64,000 bases of DNA, from positions 96,108 through 160,107 of the forward strand of contig JAZDLX010000007.1 in NCBI GenBank assembly GCA_043801585.1. The letters run 5' to 3'. This DNA comes from a bacterium. GTDB taxonomy: Bacteria; Electryoneota; Electryoneia; Electryoneales; Electryoneaceae. Each line of letters begins with the position of its first letter. The stretch's first letter is position 1. Both the position numbers and the translations under genes were made by a program. The notes beneath the pieces were generated by a model. It did not search any database. It worked only from the letters and a program-made list of their open reading frames with translations, and was not told the origin of the DNA. This document shows positions 30,158-39,500 of the stretch, piece by piece.

Positions 30158-32398
30158 TCACCAGAGATTCATGTGGTTCGCCAGCCAATCCACCAGTTGC
30201 TTGTCCTCAAGACCGCGTGTCTGACCCTCTGACACCCACTCGAGTGCATCCTCGTAGCTGACATCATCCGGCTGTACATGCACCCGGAAGCGGTCAAAAC
30301 GGTCAACATCTTTCACCGCTTTCTTCATCTCTGACTTTTTCAGGTACAAGATGAATTTCGCTCCTGTCGAACGAATGCCATCGAGTTTCTGATCGCTGGT
30401 CTTGTCGAACTGTTTCAAGTCGCAGATGAGGTAAAGCTGGGGTCCAACACTGGTGAGAAACGCAGGTGCTTCATCCCAGGCTTCGAGGGGGAACTCGACC
30501 TGAACGGTTCCTGTTTTCAGCGCTTGCACCATTGTCTTCTGATCGGAGGTGATTGTATCGCCCTCGAGCCATTCCGGAGGATCCAAGATACACACCATGC
30601 CCAACCCTTCATCCGCCCATTCCAGCACCCTGGTGGTGTCGGACGGGGACAACTGATCGCCGTTGATACCGATGATGACCGTTCCGAGCGCTTCCCTCGC
30701 ATGGCTCAAGACGTCTTTCAAATCTTTCCCCATGAGAATATCGTCTCGGTTTGAGACGGCTTTTTGTTGTTGAGCAAGTATCGTTATAAAAGCGGCATGA
30801 TCGTTTGCTGAAACGGGGTAAGGGAATTCAAGCACCGTTCCCAGGAAACCTGACAGTGCACGTTTTTTTGCAGCGTCAAGATCGTTATCGATGGAAGACG
30901 ATGCGTCCACCCGAACGAAAGAGGATCCCCGATGCCAGACAGTTCGCTGGGCCAGATGATGGTCCGCCAGCGGTTGTTCCACATTGGCGATTTCGTTGAT
31001 CCAGGTTGATGTTGTCGTGATCGTTCCCGCAATGGCTTCGGGCTGAATGGTCTGAAAATTGTCATCCGGGCGGTGATAAAAGGGATGCTCGCCGGAGGAC
31101 CAGATCGTGTAAGCGGGGATGCCGGCGTTGCGGAACGGTGCATGGTCGGAGGCTTCACCCCCCCAGGCACGTCTGGCGTTGTAGAGTTTTTTCAGGCTAT
31201 CGGGCAATGTCGAGAACCAGGGCTCCCAGATTTCCCCGGTCAGGTCAAATCCGCCAAATCCAGTCAGACCATCGCCTCTCCCCACCATGTCAAGGTTCAA
31301 CATGGTGACATAGGCGAAGTCCTTGGGAAGCTGCGGAACGAGTGCCCTGCTGCCGAGCAGACCCTGCTCCTCGCCGCCGAAATTGCAGAATATGAGCGTT
31401 CGTTTCTGCGGATGAGCGGCATAAAAACGGGCCAGTTCCATCACAACCGAAGTGCCGGAGCCGTTGTCGTCCGCACCGGGATAGACCTGTCCGAGGGCGT
31501 TTTTTCCGATGTGATCGCCGTGACCTCCGACGATCACCGCTTCGTTCTTCAGTTTCGGGTCCGTTCCGGGGACGATGCCGGCAACGTCATACCCGATCGC
31601 GTTCTCGATTGGCTCGAAAAGAAAGTCAATGGACATTTCGCGGTCGAGATTGAAGGCACGCGGATGCTCCTTGATACTCTCCTGGTAGCTGTCCACGCTT
31701 TCCCCGCTGTCGAAAAGCAACAACCTCAACGTTGCATCACCGATATATCCGCTCGGGACCGTGGGGGAGTAGGCATCCGCATTGATCGCCGCGCCGTTCA
31801 CAGGCCATTCCTCCTGGTGGAAGAAGACCGCCACCGCACCTCGCCGGATGGCTTCCCCGAGCAGATAGGATCGTTGGTTTTCTCCGCTCCAATCTTCCTT
31901 GCTGTTGGGAGGACCGCGAAAGACCACGACAATCCGTCCCGTCACATCCGTATCTCCGTAATCGTCCCAGCCTTTTTCGGGGCGGCTGATCCCATGTCCC
32001 ACGAGGCTGACTGGCGCCGTCAGCGTTGCGGAACCGCTGTTTGTGCAGGCCGTGAAATCCTCGCCGAGACGAAGGTGGATCTCACCGTAACGGGGGTCCT
32101 GCATCGTTATTTCCGCGCGTACTTCTCGTGTGGCAAGCATCGGGAAGGGGACAAGAATCTGCCCGTCGATCAGGGGTTTCAGTCCCCATCGTTCATATTG
32201 TTTCGCGATCCACGCCTGGGAGGAATCACCTGTCGGCATCCCTGTTTTTCTCCCTGCGAAGAGATCCGGGTCCGCCAGAGTTTTCAGGCAGGCCATTGCG
32301 CTGTCGGGGGAGGGTGACGTCTGTGCGAAAAGAGGGACTGCGAGAGTGAACAGGAACAGTGAAACAATACTGAGGCGGATCGATGTTAAGCGACTCAT
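30158..32398 (-). CDS. Exported M28 family metallopeptidase with PA domain and extra C-terminal domain
   Basis: Signal peptide; GGHGDHIG, GADDNGSG, GEEQGLLGS, NLDMVG, SDHAPF, YHRPDD. Confidence 0.88.
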   Translation of the reverse strand: MSRLTSIRLSIVSLFLFTLAVPLFAQTSPSPDSAMACLKTLADPDLFAGRKTGMPTGDSSQAWIAKQYERWGLKPLIDGQILVPFPMLATREVRAEITMQDPRYGEIHLRLGEDFTACTNSGSATLTAPVSLVGHGISRPEKGWDDYGDTDVTGRIVVVFRGPPNSKEDWSGENQRSYLLGEAIRRGAVAVFFHQEEWPVNGAAINADAYSPTVPSGYIGDATLRLLLFDSGESVDSYQESIKEHPRAFNLDREMSIDFLFEPIENAIGYDVAGIVPGTDPKLKNEAVIVGGHGDHIGKNALGQVYPGADDNGSGTSVVMELARFYAAHPQKRTLIFCNFGGEEQGLLGSRALVPQLPKDFAYVTMLNLDMVGRGDGLTGFGGFDLTGEIWEPWFSTLPDSLKKLYNARRAWGGEASDHAPFRNAGIPAYTIWSSGEHPFYHRPDDNFQTIQPEAIAGTITTTSTWINEIANVEQPLADHHLAQRTVWHRGSSFVRVDASSSIDNDLDAAKKRALSGFLGTVLEFPYPVSANDHAAFITILAQQQKAVSNRDDILMGKDLKDVLSHAREALGTVIIGINGDQLSPSDTTRVLEWADEGLGMVCILDPPEWLEGDTITSDQKTMVQALKTGTVQVEFPLEAWDEAPAFLTSVGPQLYLICDLKQFDKTSDQKLDGIRSTGAKFILYLKKSEMKKAVKDVDRFDRFRVHVQPDDVSYEDALEWVSEGQTRGLEDKQLVDWLANHMNLW

Positions 32399-32476
32399 AA
32401 TGCCTCCAGTGCGATGATTCGTGTGTTAAAATCCAAAGCTACGGTGAGTCTCGGCGGACGGCAAGCGAAACGGTCG

Positions 32477-32505
32477 TTGACACCGTGTAGAGGTTTCCGT
32501 ACGTT
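32477..32505 (+). promoter_or_regulatory. Sigma70-type promoter for DUF3098-tRNA transcript
   Basis: TTGACA-N17-TACGTT. Confidence 0.6.
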
Positions 32506-32549
32506 AAGCGGTCTGTCAAACGTGGCAAACGCCTTCAAGCGGAGGGCCT

Positions 32550-32822
32550 GTGAGCGATAAAACGAGCAAGAAAAGGGAAAAAACAGGGAAACGGCTGTTT
32601 TCCTGGCCCTTTGGACGGTTGAATCTGATCGTTCTCCTCGCCGGACTGGCGATGATCGTGATTGGTTTTGTTTTCCTCGGCCAGGGGGGCGCGGATAGCG
32701 TTCAATCTCTCACAGTGGCTCCGATCCTGCTGCTGACTGGATACCTGGTGTTGCTGCCCGCGTCGATTCTCATCCGTGATCGTAAGAAAACGGGTGGGAA
32801 GGACGTATCCAGGGAAGCTTGA
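32550..32822 (+). CDS. Small two-TM membrane protein, DUF3098-like
   Basis: PFGRLN...IVIGFVFL.G....SLTVAPILLL.GY; GGAGG RBS. Confidence 0.7.
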   Translation: MSDKTSKKREKTGKRLFSWPFGRLNLIVLLAGLAMIVIGFVFLGQGGADSVQSLTVAPILLLTGYLVLLPASILIRDRKKTGGKDVSREA

Positions 32823-32823
32823 G

Positions 32824-32898
<75 letters not shown>

Positions 32899-32999
32899 CG
32901 GTGGGGAGTCTCGAGAAGCGGCGGTCTGGCGGTCTTGCGCGAGACACCTCGAGAACCTACTTTACGCGGGCTTGCGAAGTGACGCAGGCGCAGCGGTTT

Positions 33000-33074
33000 G
33001 GGGCAGTAGCTCAGTTTGGTTAGAGTGCCGGCCTGTCACGCCGGAGGTCGCGGGTTCGACCCCCGTCTGCCCCG
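33000..33074 (+). tRNA. tRNA-Asp(GTC)
   Basis: Acceptor GGGGCAG/CTGCCCC, anticodon arm CCGGC-CT-GTC-AC-GCCGG, GGTTCGA; CCA not encoded. Confidence 0.96.
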
Positions 33075-33085
33075 CAAAATCATTA

Positions 33086-33117
33086 GCCCTGTCGGATTTT
33101 CCGGCAGGGTTTTCTTG
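33086..33117 (+). terminator. Intrinsic terminator after tRNA-Asp
   Basis: CCCTGTCGGA-ttt-TCCGGCAGGG followed by TTTTCTT. Confidence 0.7.
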
Positions 33118-33126
33118 TATCAGGGG

Positions 33127-33427
33127 TGTCATTGCCAGCCATCACGTCTGTTTGTGATGGCGAGGCAATCTCCAATACTTTTTGACGCTGTGGAACTGAT
33201 TTGGAGATCACCGCGCGATGCCAAACCGCGGCATCGCTGGTGATGACACCTCTTTGTCATTGCCCGGCTTGACCGGGCAATCCAGAGACTCTGAGTTTTG
33301 TTCAAGGATTGTGAAACCCGGGACTGATCCGCCGGTGGGCGGACAAGAGTCCCGGGCCACCCGGCCTCAGTGCAGTGATGAACCAACGGCAAAACGGCGA
33401 GATTGCTTCGCTTCGCTCGCAATGACA
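33127..33427. repeat. Cluster of REP/RPE-like palindromic elements (GTCAT-type plus one GTGG-type)
   Basis: Units: 33127-33173(+), 33203-33248(-), 33255-33285(+, TGTCATTGCCCGGCTTGACCGGGCAATCCAG), 33317-33360(-), 33399-33427(-, GAGATTGCTTCGCTTCGCTCGCAATGACA). Confidence 0.8.
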
Positions 33428-33582
33428 TATAAAGGGAGCCTTCACGACGGTATTCACGGTTGCCTGGATGCTCCTTTATCCCTTGTCCCACTGAACCCCC
33501 GCATACTACCTTCCCTGCTGTCATTTTCAGAAGGTGTGCGGAATCCATCGCGCACGTTTCCCCACGCCACCAAGGACTTCAG

Positions 33583-34833
33583 ATGACAACAAAGACGGTT
33601 GCTGGTGCATCGAAAACCCAGCATTTTATCGACCTTGAAAACAAGTACGGCGCCCATAACTACCACCCACTGCCGATTGTCATTGCGAAGGCCAAAGGAG
33701 TCTGGGTAACCGACCCCGATGGCAGGAAATACATGGACTGCCTCGCCGCCTACAGCGCCCTGAATCAGGGATACAACCACCCCCGGATCATGGCAGCGGC
33801 ACGCGAACAACTGAAGACGGGCGTGACCCTGACCAGCCGCGCCTTTTACAACACGAAACTTGGCGAATTCCTCGAGAAAGTCTGTAAAATCACCGGCCAT
33901 GACCGTGCCCTGCCGATGAACACCGGCGCGGAAGCCGTGGAGACGGCGATCAAACTGGCCCGCCGCTGGGGCTACCGGGTGAAGAAGGTCCGCAAGGGCC
34001 AGGCACAGATCATCGCCTTCAACGGCAACTTCCACGGCCGTACGACGACCATCGTCGGCTTCTCCTCGGCTGAAGATTACAAAGAGGGATTTGGACCGTT
34101 TACGCCCGGATTCAAAATGGTGGATTACGGCGACATCGCGGCGCTGGAAAAGGCGATCACGAAGAGCACTGTCGCCATTCTGATCGAGCCGATCCAGGCC
34201 GAGGGCGGCATTCTGATCCCGCCAAAGGGCTACTTGAAGAAGGTCGCCGCGCTCTGCAAGAAGCACAATATCCTGTTGATCGCCGATGAGATCCAGACCG
34301 GTCTCGGGCGGACAGGGAAGATGTTCGCGATGGATCACGAAGGGGTGAAGCCGGACGTCTACCTCCTTGCGAAGGCGATCTCCGGGGGATTCATGCCGGT
34401 CAGCGTTGTCACCGCCAACAACGATGTGATGAGAGTCTTCGATCCGGGCAGCCACGGCAGCACCTTCGGCGGCAATCCTCTCGGTGCGGCGGTGGCCGTG
34501 GAGGCGTTGAATATTCTTCTGGACGACAAACTTCCTCAGCGTGCCGCCGAGCTGGGTGAGTATTTTGTCCGGGGATTGAAAGCGATCAAGAGCAGGCATG
34601 TCAAAAGCATCCGTGCCAGGGGCCTGTTGATCGGCGTCGAAATCAGACGTGAGTCCGGCGATGCACGTCCCTTCTGCGAAAAACTGATGGAGAAGGGCAT
34701 TCTGGCGAAAGAGACTCATGAGAGCGTGATTCGTTTCGCCCCGCCCCTTGTGATCACAAAAGAGGAAATCGACTGGGCGCTGAAACGTATCGCTGCTGTA
34801 CTGACCGACGAAGCGCCTGTTGAACGCAACTGA
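33583..34833 (+). CDS. rocD: Ornithine--oxo-acid aminotransferase
   Basis: GAHNYHPLP, YSALNQG, LTSRAF, PMNTGAEAVETA, NFHGRT, EPIQAEGG, DEIQTG, PLP Lys in AKAISGG, HGSTFGGNP. Confidence 0.93.
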   Translation: MTTKTVAGASKTQHFIDLENKYGAHNYHPLPIVIAKAKGVWVTDPDGRKYMDCLAAYSALNQGYNHPRIMAAAREQLKTGVTLTSRAFYNTKLGEFLEKVCKITGHDRALPMNTGAEAVETAIKLARRWGYRVKKVRKGQAQIIAFNGNFHGRTTTIVGFSSAEDYKEGFGPFTPGFKMVDYGDIAALEKAITKSTVAILIEPIQAEGGILIPPKGYLKKVAALCKKHNILLIADEIQTGLGRTGKMFAMDHEGVKPDVYLLAKAISGGFMPVSVVTANNDVMRVFDPGSHGSTFGGNPLGAAVAVEALNILLDDKLPQRAAELGEYFVRGLKAIKSRHVKSIRARGLLIGVEIRRESGDARPFCEKLMEKGILAKETHESVIRFAPPLVITKEEIDWALKRIAAVLTDEAPVERN

Positions 34834-34856
34834 TACGTACTTGATTTGGATAGAAG

Positions 34857-37409
34857 ATGAACAGACTTCATACTCTTAACGTCATCCCGACACTACCTGA
34901 GAAACTGGAACGGCTCCGGGAAATCGCCATGGACCTGCACTGGACATGGCATCCAGACGCGGTTGAGCTCTTTGAACGGCTCGATCCTGAATTGTGGGTT
35001 GAATCCGACCAGAACCCTCTCTGCATGCTCGCCGCTATCGGTCAGGACAGACTCGAGGAATTGGTGAAGGATGAGGGATTCATGGACCACCTGGAAGGGG
35101 TTTGGCAGGATTTCCAGGATTACCGGGAGGAGAAAGCCTGGTTCTCGCAGCAACACAAGGATACGTCGAATCTCCTCGTAGCCTATTTCTCCTCGGAATT
35201 CGGTCTCCATGAATGTCTCCCGATTTATTCGGGCGGACTAGGCGTGCTCGCCGGCGATCACTTGAAGGCGGCGTCCGATCTGGGGGTGCCGCTCGTCGGT
35301 GTCGGATTGCTGTACCAGCGCGGCTACTTCCGCCAGTATCTGAACGCCGATGGGTGGCAGCAGGAGAATTATCCGAGCAGCGAATTGTTCTGCATGCCGG
35401 TGGAGCTGATGCGGGACGGGGAGGGCAATCCCCTCGCGGATCGCGTGCTGATCGGCACCCGTGACGTGGAAATTCACGTTTGGCGGGCGATGGTGGGACG
35501 CGTGGAACTCTTCCTGCTCGATACAAATGTCTTCACCAACCATCCCGACGACCGTCAAATCACCGAGGCCCTTTATGGCGGCGACACGGAAATGCGGATT
35601 CGCCAGGAAATATTGCTCGGTATCGGCGGCGTTCGCATGCTGAAAGCGCTTGGCAAGCAGGCGACCGTATTCCATATGAACGAGGGACACTCAGCGTTCC
35701 TCGCACTGGAACGCATCCGTGCACTGATGGCGGAGGAGAAATTGACCTTCGCTGAGGCGCGCGAGGCGATCCGGGCGTTCACGGTGTTTACAACCCACAC
35801 ACCTGTTCCGGCTGGTATTGACAAGTTTGGACAGGATCAGATGTACAAGTATTTCAAGGAGTTCATGCCGCAGATCGGACTCGATAAAGAGTCCTTCATG
35901 GAACTTGGCGGGGTACCAAGAGGCAAGTCGGATGCGCCTTTCAACATGGCGATACTTGCCATCGGACTCTCCGCATTCGTCAACGGCGTGAGCAAACTCC
36001 ACGGCGAGGTCAGCCGCAAAATGTGGTCAGACCGGTGGCCACTCGTGAGCGCGGAAGAGGTGCCGATCCACCATGTGACAAATGGTGTGCATGCACGTTC
36101 CTGGGTTTCCGCGGAGATGAGCCACCTTTACGACCGCTACATCGGGAAGCGATGGCAGGAAGATCCCCGCGATCATGAACTTTGGGAGCGGGTGGAACGG
36201 ATTCCCGACGAGGAACTTTGGCGCTCCCGCGAACGGATGCGCGAACGTCTTGTGATTTTTGCCCGGAGCCGAGTGAAAAAGCAGTTCGAGCGCCGGGGGG
36301 AACCGCTTTCGTCGATTGAACTTGCCAAGAACCTCCTCGACATGAAAGCCCTGACCATTGGTTTCGCCCGCCGTTTTGCAACTTACAAGCGTGGCAGCCT
36401 GCTGATCCAGGATCCGGAGCGTCTCATCCGTCTGCTGAACAATCCAGAACGGCCTGTGCAGCTGATCTTCGCAGGAAAGGCACACCCCAAGGACGACCCC
36501 GGCAAGGAGATGATCCGCGAGATCATTCACTTTGCCCGTGATGATCGGATCCGCGACCGGATCGTCTTCCTCGAAGATTACGATATGAATGTTGCGCGCC
36601 ATCTTGTTCAGGGCTGTGACGTCTGGTTGAACACGCCCCGTCCGCCGATGGAAGCTTCAGGCACGAGCGGAATGAAAGCAGCCGTGAACGGCGTCCTCAA
36701 TTGCAGCACCTTCGATGGGTGGTGGGTTGAGGGGTATGATGCTGAAGTAGGGTGGAAGATCGGAAACGGCGAGATGTACAACGATTTGGAAGTTCAGGAT
36801 AAAATTGAATCCGAGTTGCTTTACGACCTGCTGGAAAAAGAGATCATACCGCTCTTTTACAGCAGCCGCGGCAGAATCCCCCTTGAATGGACAGCCACGA
36901 TCAAACGAATGCTCGCTCGCCAGTGTCCCTTTTTTATCACCACGCGGATGGTCAGCGACTACTCGTCACAGGCGTACGTCCCTTGTCACGAGCGGGCGCT
37001 TCACCTCGCGGAAAATGGCTATGTCAGGGCGAAAAACCTCAGCAGCTGGCAAGAACGAATTCGCGGGCTCTGGTCCGGTGTTGAGGTTGTTGAAGTACGC
37101 GGTGATGGCCAGCAGCAGTTAAATGTTGGCGACAGGGTTCGCGTGCAGGCGAGAGTTCGACTTGGTGAACTCGATCCTTCCGAGGTTCAGGTAATGGCCT
37201 GGCACGGCAACCTGGGGGGTGAGCGGACGATTACCCATGCCCACAGTATTCCGTTGGCCCACATGGGAGTTGCGGATGACAAAGTGCATGAGTACGAGGG
37301 ACATGTTGAGTGCACCGATGCCGGACAATTCGGTTATGCCGTCCGGGTTCTGCCATATCACGAAGATTTGAACAACCCTCTGGATCTCGGATTGGTTACC
37401 TGGGAGTAG
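34857..37409 (+). CDS. glgP: Alpha-glucan (glycogen) phosphorylase
   Basis: AYFSSEFG, YSGGLGVLAGD, HMNEGH, FARRFATYKR, FAGKAHP, EASGTSGMKA. Confidence 0.95.
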   Translation: MNRLHTLNVIPTLPEKLERLREIAMDLHWTWHPDAVELFERLDPELWVESDQNPLCMLAAIGQDRLEELVKDEGFMDHLEGVWQDFQDYREEKAWFSQQHKDTSNLLVAYFSSEFGLHECLPIYSGGLGVLAGDHLKAASDLGVPLVGVGLLYQRGYFRQYLNADGWQQENYPSSELFCMPVELMRDGEGNPLADRVLIGTRDVEIHVWRAMVGRVELFLLDTNVFTNHPDDRQITEALYGGDTEMRIRQEILLGIGGVRMLKALGKQATVFHMNEGHSAFLALERIRALMAEEKLTFAEAREAIRAFTVFTTHTPVPAGIDKFGQDQMYKYFKEFMPQIGLDKESFMELGGVPRGKSDAPFNMAILAIGLSAFVNGVSKLHGEVSRKMWSDRWPLVSAEEVPIHHVTNGVHARSWVSAEMSHLYDRYIGKRWQEDPRDHELWERVERIPDEELWRSRERMRERLVIFARSRVKKQFERRGEPLSSIELAKNLLDMKALTIGFARRFATYKRGSLLIQDPERLIRLLNNPERPVQLIFAGKAHPKDDPGKEMIREIIHFARDDRIRDRIVFLEDYDMNVARHLVQGCDVWLNTPRPPMEASGTSGMKAAVNGVLNCSTFDGWWVEGYDAEVGWKIGNGEMYNDLEVQDKIESELLYDLLEKEIIPLFYSSRGRIPLEWTATIKRMLARQCPFFITTRMVSDYSSQAYVPCHERALHLAENGYVRAKNLSSWQERIRGLWSGVEVVEVRGDGQQQLNVGDRVRVQARVRLGELDPSEVQVMAWHGNLGGERTITHAHSIPLAHMGVADDKVHEYEGHVECTDAGQFGYAVRVLPYHEDLNNPLDLGLVTWE

Positions 37410-37514
37410 AGGCGAGACCAGCCAAGTGGAAATGTAGTTTGCATTTGCAGGATGGGATTGCTCAATGAAGGGAAGCGCGGTACCTTTCCCGTGACATCAG
37501 AGGAAAGTGGGTGA

Positions 37515-38198
37515 ATGATGAGCGCCAACGATAGCGCAGAACTTTCGTCAGGTGATCTCCCCGGCAAGGACGACAAAACGGCAAAGGAGCAATTGACCGA
37601 CGCTGCAAAACGTCTTGCCGTCGAATGGATTCCCTTTCATCGTAAACAAGCGGATGAGGCAACGCTGATCAAACGGGCGTTGCGCTCAACACCCCTGTTC
37701 GAACGAGTCAATCGGCGGGACTGGAAATTGATCAGCGATCTTTTCCACGTGCGCCGTTACGATTCGGGGGAAGTCATCTTCGAGAAGGGAACACCCGGGT
37801 TGGGGATGTATGTCATTGTCGAAGGCCGGGTGAAAATCATCAACGAGGAAGAGGGGCATGAGGTTGTCCTCACGGAACTGAAAGAGGGTGATTTCTTTGG
37901 AGAGATGTCACTGATTGACGAGGTTGAACGGAGTGCGGGAGCAATCGCATTCAGCCAGACCAAACTCGTCGGCCTCTTTCGACCCCAGTTGCGTGAACTG
38001 ATGAATCACCGTCCCCGTCTTGGCAACATCATCTTCGAGAGACTGGCGAAGATCGTTGTCCAACGTCTCCGTCAATCCAACCTGATGATGGGTGATGAGA
38101 TCGGGCGGCATCGGGAAGAACTTGCGAAAAGCAAGGCGGAAGTGGAAACACTCGCAAAAGCGCTGGAAGCCTATGATACCGCTGGAGGCTCGGAATAA
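37515..38198 (+). CDS. Cyclic nucleotide-binding domain protein
   Basis: PLF..V, GEVIFEKG.PG.GMYVIVEG.V, GDFFGEMSLID..ERSA (intact phosphate-binding cassette); no HTH. Confidence 0.88.
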   Translation: MMSANDSAELSSGDLPGKDDKTAKEQLTDAAKRLAVEWIPFHRKQADEATLIKRALRSTPLFERVNRRDWKLISDLFHVRRYDSGEVIFEKGTPGLGMYVIVEGRVKIINEEEGHEVVLTELKEGDFFGEMSLIDEVERSAGAIAFSQTKLVGLFRPQLRELMNHRPRLGNIIFERLAKIVVQRLRQSNLMMGDEIGRHREELAKSKAEVETLAKALEAYDTAGGSE

Positions 38199-38201
38199 GC
38201 T

Positions 38202-39293
38202 ATGAACACATTGGCTGAAAGCCCAAAGAGCCGAAACCCACTCTACCGGCGTCTTGTGCTGCTGGCCTTGTCGCTTGTGCTTTTCTATGGCTTTCTTCGT
38301 ATCCTGCCTCACATTGAAGACATCATCACGGTTCTCATCATCTCAATCGTTCTCACCTACGCCTTTCGTCCACTTGTCGATTACGCAGAAAGAGAGGGGA
38401 TCAGCCGGGTTGTTTCCATCCTTGGCATCTTCGCGATTGTCATTGGACTATTGATCCTTTCTCTCACATCGCTGGTGCCGATACTTATTACGGAAGTTGG
38501 CACTCTTGTTGAGCGATTGAACGAAATCGACCTGGCGAAGCTGCAAGGTAACGTCATTGACTGGATGCAACAACGGATGCCGGGCGTGATGACGTTTCTT
38601 GATGTAAATGAAGGGCAGACGGATCAGATCATTCAGCGGTTTCGTGACTTTTCGGCAACGTTCCTGCAGCAATCCATTGGTGTTCTCAGTGGAGCCTTCA
38701 GCGCACTCAGCCTCGCCATAGTGGTTCCCTTCATCGTTTTCTTCCTGTTGAAGGATGGGTCTGCATTCACCCGCAGCTGGGTTCGCCGGGTTCCGAACCG
38801 TTTCTTTGAAATGTCGATGTCCCTTGCCCATCGCATGGATCGCCAGCTTGGAAACTATATCCTCAGCGTACTGGTCGAATCGCTGATTGTTGGCGCACTT
38901 GCGTGGCTCGCCTTCGCTCTGGTCGGGGTGCGGTTTGCGCTGATTCTCGGAATTCTCAGCGGCCTGTTGAATATGATCCCGTTCTTCGGCCCGCTGATCG
39001 CATGGATTCCGACGACGATTGTTTTCGTGCTCACCTATCAGCCCTTCGGATTGGGGCTTTTCTGGATGGCGGTAGTGCTGATCGGCGTGCAGATGGTTGA
39101 TAACGTCTTGTTGAAACCGCTTCTGATTTCACGTTCACAGTCAGTTCATCCGATCACCGTTCTGCTTGTGGTTTTGATTGGCGGGAGGGTGGCTGGCCCC
39201 ATCGGTATGTTCATTGCCGTACCCTTCTTCTCGATCATCAAGGTGATCGTTGTCGATTTGTACGAACACCTGAAAAACTACCGGATTATCTGA
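38202..39293 (+). CDS. AI-2E family transporter
   Basis: Multi-TM; TYAFRPLVD, FFLLKDG, NMIPFFGP, DNVLLKPLL, VHP..VL..VLIGG..G.IGMFIAVP. Confidence 0.9.
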   Translation: MNTLAESPKSRNPLYRRLVLLALSLVLFYGFLRILPHIEDIITVLIISIVLTYAFRPLVDYAEREGISRVVSILGIFAIVIGLLILSLTSLVPILITEVGTLVERLNEIDLAKLQGNVIDWMQQRMPGVMTFLDVNEGQTDQIIQRFRDFSATFLQQSIGVLSGAFSALSLAIVVPFIVFFLLKDGSAFTRSWVRRVPNRFFEMSMSLAHRMDRQLGNYILSVLVESLIVGALAWLAFALVGVRFALILGILSGLLNMIPFFGPLIAWIPTTIVFVLTYQPFGLGLFWMAVVLIGVQMVDNVLLKPLLISRSQSVHPITVLLVVLIGGRVAGPIGMFIAVPFFSIIKVIVVDLYEHLKNYRII

Positions 39294-39373
39294 CGTCTCC
39301 CGGTGTCGTCGGGGCTCAGACAATGCGTGGTTCCCAACCTGAAGACCCCTTATTTTCCACCCTATGAGCGCGT

Positions 39374-39465
39374 GTGCTATTGAGTGACAGTTACCTAATT
39401 CGAATAAGCGGTGGAGGGACGATACATTTCGACACCTGAATTAGGCAACTGTCACTCAATAGCAC
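39374..39465. repeat. 28-bp inverted repeat pair with 36-bp spacer (MITE/REP-like)
   Basis: GTGCTATTGAGTGACAGTTACCTAATTC (39374-39401) vs GAATTAGGCAACTGTCACTCAATAGCAC (39438-39465), 27/28 complementary. Confidence 0.85.
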
Positions 39466-39500
39466 TCCAGCGAAACGAATCTGATAAAAGCGAGACAAAC

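Noticed and set aside
31073..32317. 414-aa plus-strand ORF
   Set aside because: Antisense to the M28 peptidase, which has complete catalytic motifs
33454..34719. 421-aa minus-strand ORF
   Set aside because: Antisense shadow of rocD
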